Below are positions 56,698 through 64,000 of a stretch of DNA of 64,000 bases, piece after piece. The DNA lies in NCBI GenBank assembly GCA_016182185.1, contig JACOXU010000001.1, positions 207,251-271,250 on the forward strand, given 5' to 3'. The first letter of the stretch is position 1. Every line of letters starts with the position of its first letter. Made by a program: the position numbers and the translations under genes. Source of the DNA: Candidatus Levyibacteriota bacterium (GTDB lineage: Bacteria > Patescibacteriota > Microgenomatia > Levybacterales > UBA12049). Below the pieces are notes generated by a model. It worked only from the letters and a program-made list of their open reading frames with translations, ran no database searches and was not told where the DNA came from.

Positions 56698-57809
56698 AGA
56701 ATTTTTTTGGAATAAAAGAAAATTAGTAAGATTAACGATGGGAAAAATAGAAATAATGTTTTTAATACTGGTGTTATCTCAAAATGAGTTCCTAAAAACA
56801 TAAAAGGTATATAACGCAAGAGAAGACCGAAAGATAAAGATATAGATAAATAAAAAATGATCTTTTTTTCAGGAATCAAAGCTGTAAACACTAAGAACCA
56901 TATTGCATACCACGGATATATCTCCTCCCTTAACGGGGACAGAAGAAAAATTAGAAACATTGATATTGCTGAAAAATAAATAAATTTTTCAATGTTTAAA
57001 TTTTTATTCTTAATTATTTGAAAGATTCCATAAAAATAAATTGGAATTAAAAATAATGTAGAATATTTTATCAGTACTGAAAGTATTATTGTTAATAAAC
57101 CACTCCAAATTTTTTTCTTTATTAGGAAAAACAATGAAGCAATTGCCAAAAACATCATCACAGTATCATTATGTCCTGAAACCATTGTTTCAATTATAAC
57201 TAGAGGATTTAAGCCAAAAATTATTAATGATATATTTTTTTTTGAAATTTTCCAAATGAAATATAAAGTCCCTATGTAAAAAAGAATATTTAAAAATTTA
57301 AAGCTAAATAGAATTATAAGAAAATTTCCAAAACCCAAGGAAAATGGTATTACGGACAGCAAAATCCAAAATGGTCCATAAAGAGCAATCTTATTTGCGG
57401 CATGTGTAAAAGACAAAAGTGGATCATTTATAAATTCAATTGGCATAATAATATAGGGGTTTTCATGATAAAAGAAAGCAACCTTGGCTGTTGAAATATA
57501 ATTAAAAATATCATATGAAAGCATTGCTGGATATGAAAAAAGTAAGGAAAGAGTTGTAATTGTTATTAAAACTACTACTCCCCTTTTGTTAAGTAACTTA
57601 TTCCTTCCAAACTGAATAAATGATATATAAAATATAAAAAAAATGATGATACCTATTAGATATATTACTGTTGTGATTTCTCTATTATTAAATGCAAAAC
57701 CTGTATACAAATTACTTAAATATATTAAGTTAGGATCTACAAATAGATATGAAAATATGCTAAACGACAGTAGAAAGAGTCCGTATAAAATGAGGAATAA
57801 TTTTTTCAT
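56679..57809 (-). CDS. polytopic membrane protein, putative GT-C glycosyltransferase (376 aa)
   Basis: At least 10 TM helices and no soluble domain. Hypothetical. Confidence 0.35.
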   Translation of the reverse strand: MKKLFLILYGLFLLSFSIFSYLFVDPNLIYLSNLYTGFAFNNREITTVIYLIGIIIFFIFYISFIQFGRNKLLNKRGVVVLITITTLSLLFSYPAMLSYDIFNYISTAKVAFFYHENPYIIMPIEFINDPLLSFTHAANKIALYGPFWILLSVIPFSLGFGNFLIILFSFKFLNILFYIGTLYFIWKISKKNISLIIFGLNPLVIIETMVSGHNDTVMMFLAIASLFFLIKKKIWSGLLTIILSVLIKYSTLFLIPIYFYGIFQIIKNKNLNIEKFIYFSAISMFLIFLLSPLREEIYPWYAIWFLVFTALIPEKKIIFYLSISLSFGLLLRYIPFMFLGTHFEITPVLKTLFLFFPSLILLIFFYSKKILWSRNI

Positions 57810-58333
57810 AAATTTTTCCTTCGAATAGATATAGACATTTCTATATCTTTCTTAAGATAGATTTTGGTTGAAAAAGATTTCTCCGGCCTCCAATAAACTT
57901 TTTCCGGAATTCCTTCTCTCAACATCAATAACGCTTCTATATGCTTTAGGCTCGCCTCTTTTAATAATGTCCGTTTTGAATCAATGCTCTCTTTATTAGC
58001 TTTCGAATTGTCAAGATTTGATCGAATATTATAAAAATATTCGTCAGATTTTTTTAGCGCTTTTTGCCCTAATAAAAACTGGTCATATTCAAAAAGCGTT
58101 TTTGCTTCAACTAGATATTTATCTGCTTGTTTAAGATTATAATTAAACTGCCCAAATTTACCAAAATACCAGTATTTTAAGATTTTATCCTTAATAAGAT
58201 TGATTTTGTAAAAAGGGCTTCCTGGCATAAATGATGGGTATGGAAGTACATAAGAAGATTGAGCAAAAATTGGACTATAGAAAAAAAATAAAAACATGAT
58301 AGAAAGGAGAAAAGATCGAAGAATCCACCTCAT
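57806..58333 (-). CDS. small secreted protein, paralog B of 28304..28846 (LPYPxxxPxxPxYK motif)
   Basis: Signal peptide (MRWILRSFLLSIMFLFFFYSPIFAQS), then YVLPYPSFMPGSPFYKINLIKDKIL. Its start codon sits inside the (TTTTGAA)x4 repeat. Confidence 0.55.
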   Translation of the reverse strand: MRWILRSFLLSIMFLFFFYSPIFAQSSYVLPYPSFMPGSPFYKINLIKDKILKYWYFGKFGQFNYNLKQADKYLVEAKTLFEYDQFLLGQKALKKSDEYFYNIRSNLDNSKANKESIDSKRTLLKEASLKHIEALLMLREGIPEKVYWRPEKSFSTKIYLKKDIEMSISIRRKNL

Positions 58334-59325
58334 TTTGAATTTTGAATTTTGAATTTTGAATTATTTTTGCGCCATTCCCATGCGGTTTTAACAATTGTTT
58401 CAAGATCAGAATATTTTGGCTCAAACCCCAATTCCTTTTTAATCTTTGTCGGATCCGCAATTAAAACATCTACATCCCCTGATCTTCTTGAGGAGTTTTT
58501 TACCTTAAAATCAATTCCTGATATTTTTTTTACCATTTCAAGTACTTCTTTATTTGAATATCCTTTTCCGGTTCCAACGTTGTAATAGTAATCATCTGGA
58601 TTTTCTTTTAGTTTTTGAAGCGTTAAAAGATGAGATTCAACTAAATCAATCACATGAATATAATCCCTAATACATGTTCCATCAGGGGTATCATAATCAT
58701 TTCCAAAAAGACTAAATTCGGAGTTTCCTAAGGTTGCTTTAATTGCTAGAGGAATTATATGAGTTTCAGGATCATGATCTTCTCCCATATTTCCATCAAG
58801 AGAGGCGCCAGCTGCATTAAAATAGCGAAGACTTGCAAAGCTCAATCCAAAGATTTTATTATACCAAGCAAGAATTTTCTCAACCATTAATTTACTTTCT
58901 CCATAAGGGTTAGTGGGAAGAGTCTGGTGATCCTCAGATATAGGAGTTTTAATTGGATTCCCATAAACTCCGGCCGTAGAAGAAAAAACTAAAGATTTAA
59001 TATTGTGCCTTACAGCTTGCTCGATCAAATTAAGAGATCCAAGAGTATTGTTTTGAAAATACAATTTGGGATTTTCCATAGATTCTGCCATAGATATATA
59101 TCCTGCGAAATGGATCACGGCATCGAACTTATCGGTGGAAAATGTATTTTCTAGTATTTCAGGATTTAAAAGGTCTCCTTGAACAAACTTTGCTTTCGTA
59201 TCAATAGCTTCTCTTTGACCGCGCTCCAAACTATCAAGCACAACCACATCATCTCCATTTTTTAGAAGTCGCTTAACCATAAAGCTTCCAATATAACCTG
59301 CCCCACCCGTAACCAAGATTTTCAT
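58330..59325 (-). CDS. galE: UDP-glucose 4-epimerase
   Basis: MKILVTGGAGYIGSFMVKRL...AVIHFAGY...FSSTAGVYG...YGESK matches GalE throughout. The C-terminus NNSKFKIQNSK is encoded by a heptamer repeat. Confidence 0.8.
   Translation of the reverse strand: MKILVTGGAGYIGSFMVKRLLKNGDDVVVLDSLERGQREAIDTKAKFVQGDLLNPEILENTFSTDKFDAVIHFAGYISMAESMENPKLYFQNNTLGSLNLIEQAVRHNIKSLVFSSTAGVYGNPIKTPISEDHQTLPTNPYGESKLMVEKILAWYNKIFGLSFASLRYFNAAGASLDGNMGEDHDPETHIIPLAIKATLGNSEFSLFGNDYDTPDGTCIRDYIHVIDLVESHLLTLQKLKENPDDYYYNVGTGKGYSNKEVLEMVKKISGIDFKVKNSSRRSGDVDVLIADPTKIKKELGFEPKYSDLETIVKTAWEWRKNNSKFKIQNSK
58333..58362. repeat. heptanucleotide tandem repeat (TTTTGAA)x4 spanning the galE stop codon and the next gene's start
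   Basis: Four exact copies at 58333-58360. It encodes the GalE C-terminus KFKIQNSK-stop and overlaps the ATG of 57806..58333. Confidence 0.85.
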
Positions 59326-60104
59326 AATTTTAAGTACTTAATATATGATACAGGAAATCGAAGAGATGAGAAAAGAGAGAAGACAAATCCTGGCCACAAA
59401 TCCATAAAACCTTTATGCCTTAAATAAGTAAAAAGAAACCAATAAACAGGTTTAAAAGTTAAGGAGGCGCCTGCAAAAATTATTTTGTAAAAAATATTTT
59501 TATTTTTTAGCTTTTCTTTAATTTGCGATGCAATAAGATCAGTATATCTATCCCACTTTAAAAGATAATCGTTAAAATCTTTATATGGATAATGTAATAA
59601 CGGGTTTTTAAGATATGTGACTTCTCCTTCAACTTCTGCTTGTTCATGAACATCCTTCTGAGGAAGCCTTCCTTTTCCCCTTTTATACAGTCTTAAAGTA
59701 TAGTCAGGATACTGCCCGCCCTTCATAAGAAATCTACCCAAAAACCAATTTTTTCTCGGAATCCAATATCCATTAACATGACTGACTATTGATGACTGAC
59801 TATTGATGACTGACTTAATCTCTTTTCTAAGTCCTTTGGAGACCACTTCATCTGCATCAAGTTGCAAGATCCAATCAGAAGTTGCCATATCTATAGCCAT
59901 TTGCTTATTGATATGAAAAATAGGTTTATTTGTTGTGATTTTAATTTTGGCTCCGAATTGCTTCGCCTTATCAACTGTCTTGTCACTTGAAGCTCCATCA
60001 ACAACAACAATCTCATCTGCCAAACCATCTACGCTTTCAAGACAAGCTGGAAGATTCTTTTCCTCATTGTAAGTTGCCAAAACCACAGACAAAGTTGCCT
60101 TCAT
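59322..60104 (-). CDS. GT2-family glycosyltransferase; contains a 14-bp tandem repeat
   Basis: LSVVLATYNEEKNL...IVVVDGASSDKT...LDADEVV. The segment KSVINSQSSIVSHVNG is encoded by (ATGACTGACTATTG)x2.7 at 59779-59818. Confidence 0.75.
   Translation of the reverse strand: MKATLSVVLATYNEEKNLPACLESVDGLADEIVVVDGASSDKTVDKAKQFGAKIKITTNKPIFHINKQMAIDMATSDWILQLDADEVVSKGLRKEIKSVINSQSSIVSHVNGYWIPRKNWFLGRFLMKGGQYPDYTLRLYKRGKGRLPQKDVHEQAEVEGEVTYLKNPLLHYPYKDFNDYLLKWDRYTDLIASQIKEKLKNKNIFYKIIFAGASLTFKPVYWFLFTYLRHKGFMDLWPGFVFSLFSSLRFPVSYIKYLKL
59779..59818. repeat. 14-nt tandem repeat (ATGACTGACTATTG)x2.7 inside a GT2 coding sequence
   Basis: atgactgactattg atgactgactattg atgactgact. Confidence 0.85.
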
Positions 60105-60119
60105 AATACATATGATACC

Positions 60120-61763
60120 CTAAAATTTCGTTTTTATAAACTTGAATAAGTAAAAAGTTAATATACCAAATAAAACAAACGTTGAAGCAATATTGGAAAA
60201 CAATCTTAATTTAGTTTCTCTGTAAACAATTTCAATATCGTGTTTTCCTTCCGGGACGTAAAAGGTTATTAAGCCTCGGAAACGTTGATCTTGAAACTCA
60301 ACTATTGCAGGTTTACTGTCCAACAAAACCGTCCAGCCTGGAAAATATAATGTATTTTCAAGAATTCTGCTTGTTTTCTGGGCGTTAATTTTATAAATAC
60401 GTTTCGTCGTTGACCTTTGAACGAGCTCTATTGATGCTTTTCCGTCAATCAGCTGTATTTGCTCTAAAGCTCTCTTTTCCATAAACCTCACAGACCAGAT
60501 TGGGGAACTTTCACCGGTGTCAGTTGTGCTGTTATAAATTCCAGTGTAAAAGTTTTCAGGTTTGTAGAGATAATCTATCGGCCTCATATAATCTTTGCTC
60601 AAAAACAAAAGTAAAATAATCGCAAAGACTGTAAACCAGATTCGAGATTTACGAAAAACCTGCTCAAAAACGACTGCTCCTAATACAGACGTTGTGAAAA
60701 CCGGAATTGCCAAGAATCGCCAGGGAAATTGAAAATTTTGAAGGAGAATAAATTTCTGCCAAATAAAACTAGAGATAGGAAGCATTAAAAAAATCGCAAT
60801 TAATGTATAGACGATTAATCCTAAAGAGAATACCAGGTTTTTTCTATCTTTTTTTATATAAAATTTAGTAAGTAATATAATAGACAAAATAAAACTAGCC
60901 CAATGTAGAATTCCAAGTTGGACCGTAAATTGTCCGGATATACCATAGCTCCACGGTCCATATAGTAAATCTCTGAAATTTACAAACCTTCCGATATAAC
61001 CTCCGGCCGTCACAATATTCCTTAATGTATATTTTCCCTCCAAAAGTCCCGGTATCCAGAAGAATGCAGAAAGGCCGAATCCGATGAGCATTAAAGAAGT
61101 AAGATTTATGATATAAGATTTACGATTTTTAGATAAATTAAGAAGAAAAAATCCATAAAAAATAATAAATGGCATAAGCATAAGGCTAATGGCATTATGA
61201 GAAAGAATTAGGAACGCCAAGGAAAAACCTCCTAGAAAAATGTTGTTCATATTTTTCTTTTTATAAATACTATAAATAAAAAATAAAACAAGAGGTATAA
61301 AAGCAAAAGCGAGATGCTCTCCTATATCTCCCCTTACATAAACTTCAACAAATCTATAAGGCGCATGTGTATATAAAACTGCTCCAAAAAGAGCAGAAAA
61401 CTTGTTAAGAAAAGATGATAACCATAAATACATAAATATTATTGATAATATTGTGCCTAATCCGAAAACTATTTTCACTGAATCAACCAATGAAAATCCC
61501 AAGAAATGAAAAAATGAGGCTGTATAAGATGGAAAAGGATACAGAAACTCAAGGATCGGATGGCCATATCCCCAATTAAGGTTCCCCGCCCAACGAGGAA
61601 TAATATTTCCCTCGGAAAGATTTTGGTAAAAATTTGCAATTCTTGCCACATGATCCTGTCCATCATGAGTAATCGGAAGTCCTGAATGGAAAAGAGATAT
61701 CGCTGGAATAATACCGATAAAAATTAAAACTAAATATAAAAAATGTTTTTTATATTTTTTCAT
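60120..61763 (-). CDS. polytopic membrane protein, uncharacterised GT-C-like family (paralog of 55063..56697)
   Basis: PITHDGQDHVARIANF...NIIPRWAGNLNWGYGHPILEFLYPFPSY. The C-terminus has YFPGWTV...VPEGKHDIE and a TM anchor. Confidence 0.45.
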   Translation of the reverse strand: MKKYKKHFLYLVLIFIGIIPAISLFHSGLPITHDGQDHVARIANFYQNLSEGNIIPRWAGNLNWGYGHPILEFLYPFPSYTASFFHFLGFSLVDSVKIVFGLGTILSIIFMYLWLSSFLNKFSALFGAVLYTHAPYRFVEVYVRGDIGEHLAFAFIPLVLFFIYSIYKKKNMNNIFLGGFSLAFLILSHNAISLMLMPFIIFYGFFLLNLSKNRKSYIINLTSLMLIGFGLSAFFWIPGLLEGKYTLRNIVTAGGYIGRFVNFRDLLYGPWSYGISGQFTVQLGILHWASFILSIILLTKFYIKKDRKNLVFSLGLIVYTLIAIFLMLPISSFIWQKFILLQNFQFPWRFLAIPVFTTSVLGAVVFEQVFRKSRIWFTVFAIILLLFLSKDYMRPIDYLYKPENFYTGIYNSTTDTGESSPIWSVRFMEKRALEQIQLIDGKASIELVQRSTTKRIYKINAQKTSRILENTLYFPGWTVLLDSKPAIVEFQDQRFRGLITFYVPEGKHDIEIVYRETKLRLFSNIASTFVLFGILTFYLFKFIKTKF

Positions 61764-63324
61764 CTTCTATTCGTTTTTGAATAATAAAACCCGATGGCAA
61801 TGTTTGAGTCCATTCAATTTTACCTGATTTAATTACCGTCTCCATCCATCCTTTGTAAGACCATGGTTTTGAAGAATCAACCTCTATCCATAAGTAAAAC
61901 GTGTCTTTTTTTTCTTTGCTAGGAACATAATTATATTTTCTCTGACCATACCACCATATAACATAATCATAGGGATAAGTATAAACCGGAGGGCTAAAAA
62001 CCAAAAGGTTAAATGGTTTTCCTTTTGAATCTTGATAAATGAAATCGAGTGCGTCTATTTTCCCTTTAATTTTTGCCGTTCCTCCGTAATCTTTATAATC
62101 ATAGAAAAATGTTACTGAACCTTTAATAGAGGCGTTGATAACCATTACTATAGTCAAGACAATTCCGACAAGCTGAACAATTTTAAGCTTATATTTAAAA
62201 GAAGAATATAAAATATAGACAAAAAACAGGATGTAAACAAAATAAAGATGTGTTAGATAATAAACATATATTGCTCCTTTAATGAAAGATAAAATAAAAA
62301 AACTGATTATTGGAAGTAGAATAATAAAAAAAAGAAAATTTTTTAACTTTCCTCTTGGTTCCCTTAGGAAAAAGTAAATAAATACAAGGAAAAATAATAT
62401 TAAAAAGAAAGTATTTTGTACAGGAAAAACTCGTTGAAAAGTATCAAGAAAATTGTAAATAAATAATCCAAAATGATCTTTTAGATTTAGCTCAATAAAT
62501 TTAGCCGTTACGATATTTTTTTCTCTAATAAAGATGTACGTATATATTCCATTAATTGTTGTAAAACCATGTCTAATCTCAAAGAAAATCATAGGAGCAA
62601 AAGCCAAGATGAAACCAGAGAATAAAGTGATAAACTTGATAATTCTTTCTTTTCTGATAATAAATATATAGAAAAGGATAACAGTCAAACTAAGAGGTGT
62701 GGCGACTGCAAGCTGAAAATTATAGGAAAAACCTGCAAAGAATGAAGTAAGAAATAGATTTCTCAATTTTATTTGTTTTTCCTCAAGACTCTTAAGTAAA
62801 AAATAGAAAGACAGCAGGATAAAAATAGTTGAGCCATGGGTATTCCAGACAAAACGAGAATAAGATATTAAAGGAGGAGATATGGCAATAAGAAGCGACG
62901 TTACGATCCCTGCCCAACGTCCTAATAATTTTTTTCCAAGAAGATAACCGAGAAAAATTGTGATTGCTCCATAAAGAAATGTCAGTAAAACCCCACCGTA
63001 TGGATTACCATTTAAGACAGCGAAAAAAGTCGCCAGAAAAAAATAATGTAAAGGGCCGTGGAATACTCCTTGAAATCCAGCAGATCCTGCTCCAATCTCA
63101 GAACCAATCAGCGTCAGCTTCTTATCTACCACGATATTTTTAACTGCGAGATAATCCCTGCCCTGATCAAAGCCAAATAAATAGTTTCCGCTTAAGACTT
63201 CCGCTGCTCGCGGAAATACGGATAAAAAAATAATTAATGTAATTATTAAATATTCGATAATTTTCAAGGTTTTTTTAGAAAAAATTTTCTCTCTGTTATT
63301 TTTCAAAAAAGTTTTTGTTTTCAT
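61750..63324 (-). CDS. polytopic membrane glycosyltransferase, GT-C fold (ArnT/PMT, GT39-like) with a C-terminal soluble domain
   Basis: The first loop has YLFGFDQGRDYLAV (a DxxRD/DE-type motif). There are about 11 TM helices, and the soluble C-terminal domain is rich in Y and W. Confidence 0.5.
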   Translation of the reverse strand: MKTKTFLKNNREKIFSKKTLKIIEYLIITLIIFLSVFPRAAEVLSGNYLFGFDQGRDYLAVKNIVVDKKLTLIGSEIGAGSAGFQGVFHGPLHYFFLATFFAVLNGNPYGGVLLTFLYGAITIFLGYLLGKKLLGRWAGIVTSLLIAISPPLISYSRFVWNTHGSTIFILLSFYFLLKSLEEKQIKLRNLFLTSFFAGFSYNFQLAVATPLSLTVILFYIFIIRKERIIKFITLFSGFILAFAPMIFFEIRHGFTTINGIYTYIFIREKNIVTAKFIELNLKDHFGLFIYNFLDTFQRVFPVQNTFFLILFFLVFIYFFLREPRGKLKNFLFFIILLPIISFFILSFIKGAIYVYYLTHLYFVYILFFVYILYSSFKYKLKIVQLVGIVLTIVMVINASIKGSVTFFYDYKDYGGTAKIKGKIDALDFIYQDSKGKPFNLLVFSPPVYTYPYDYVIWWYGQRKYNYVPSKEKKDTFYLWIEVDSSKPWSYKGWMETVIKSGKIEWTQTLPSGFIIQKRIEDEKI

Positions 63325-64000
63325 GTTTCTGTTATTACAACAACTACATTCCCGTCAAGATTTTTAAATTCTGTTACGGATTGTATATCTTTAGGAAAAT
63401 CTGTGGGATTACCAACATAAAGAGTTTTTTCTTTTTTGACTTCACTATTCCAATTGATAGGCCGGAATTCGTACTTTCCAATTTTATGTGTTGCCGCAAA
63501 ACCCCCCGAAAGTGTTCCCCCCTGCTTAAGATATTTTTCCGGATCATATTTAGTATGAAAAAGAAAAAACATATATGATTGATAAAGATTATCCTTATTC
63601 GATAAAACTATATGGTTATAATCATTTTGTCTTGAAAATACATATGGGATAGCCTGAGTTAAACCGTATTGAAAAGATTTGGATTGTTCCTTTGGAAAAT
63701 TATTGAAATAATTTTTGAAAAGAGTAAATAAACTAAATAAAGTAACGAGTAAAAAAAGAGAGAGTATCCACAGCTTAAGCTTTCGTAATTTGTAAAATAA
63801 ATAACCCAAACCAAGCGCAGTAAATATTTGCCAGACTGGAACGAAATTGTACGATCTCATCGCATGAGGGGCTTGTGTGGCAATTGAAGCAGGAACTGCC
63901 GATAATAAAAACCATAGTAAGATTAATTTTTTATAATTAGCATCAACCTCTTTTCGTAGAAGAATAAACCCTGTCCCAAAAATTATAAAAGGGGCCTGCC
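63321..64000 (-). CDS. C-terminal part of a membrane protein whose 5' end lies beyond the window (probably another GT-C-like protein)
   Basis: The track ORF starts at M (63860), but the frame stays open upstream to position 64000 (...FGTGFILLRKEVDANYKKLILLWFLLSAVPASIATQAPHAMRSYNF), encoding TM helices. There is an ATGA overlap with 61750..63324. Confidence 0.5.
   Translation of the reverse strand, partial: QAPFIIFGTGFILLRKEVDANYKKLILLWFLLSAVPASIATQAPHAMRSYNFVPVWQIFTALGLGYLFYKLRKLKLWILSLFLLVTLFSLFTLFKNYFNNFPKEQSKSFQYGLTQAIPYVFSRQNDYNHIVLSNKDNLYQSYMFFLFHTKYDPEKYLKQGGTLSGGFAATHKIGKYEFRPINWNSEVKKEKTLYVGNPTDFPKDIQSVTEFKNLDGNVVVVITET

Noticed and set aside
1-64000. Search for CRISPR arrays, tRNA/rRNA genes, integrases, transposases and phage genes
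   Set aside because: None found. The only repeats are short intragenic tandem arrays with no spacer structure. No cloverleaf-like GC-rich segments and no recombinase motifs were seen.

Overview
This 64-kb window is strongly AT-rich (roughly two-thirds A+T by eye). TGA is used as a stop codon, so it is not a code-25 lineage. The style fits a small-genome, possibly CPR/Patescibacteria-like, bacterium. There is no rRNA, tRNA, CRISPR array, transposase or phage gene. Essentially the whole window is one contiguous cell-surface glycan locus of about 58 genes, almost without intergenic space. It is organised as three very long minus-strand operons (1..24025, 25287..27470 and 30596..>64000). They are interrupted by two short plus-strand islands (24076..25290 and 27557..30599). 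Adjacent genes mostly overlap by 1 to 4 nt (ATGA or TAATG). The content is: at least 18 GT2 or GT4 glycosyltransferases; at least 13 large polytopic membrane proteins that look like GT-C-type glycosyltransferases; an O-antigen-ligase-like domain fused to a GT-C-like domain; a Wzx-type flippase; a small EamA transporter; a hexapeptide acetyltransferase; four SAM methyltransferases; and three DegT-family PLP enzymes. Nucleotide-sugar enzymes include glucose-1-phosphate cytidylyltransferase (RfbF), two E1-like 3-dehydrases with the Lys-to-His signature, RmlC, an RmlD-like reductase, GDP-fucose-synthase-like Fcl, GalE, a tyvelose-epimerase-like SDR and three generic SDR epimerase/dehydratases. There are also two phosphoesterase-type enzymes, a CysD-like PP-loop protein and two paralogous small secreted proteins. 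Things worth a second look are listed below. First, a recurring family of A/T-rich heptanucleotide tandem repeats sits inside coding sequences; the unit is not a multiple of 3, so these are candidate slipped-strand contingency sites. Second, a 14-bp intragenic tandem repeat lies in a GT2 gene. Third, all three plus-strand genes, and the leftward 24-kb operon, appear to be leaderless, with the -10 box 5 to 8 nt from the ATG. Fourth, there are apparently two 3,6-dideoxyhexose (CDP) modules but no E3 reductase in the window. Fifth, there are unusual domain fusions, including a gene-fission-like GT4 N-domain fragment. All calls come from reading the translations and sequence by eye. No database search was run.
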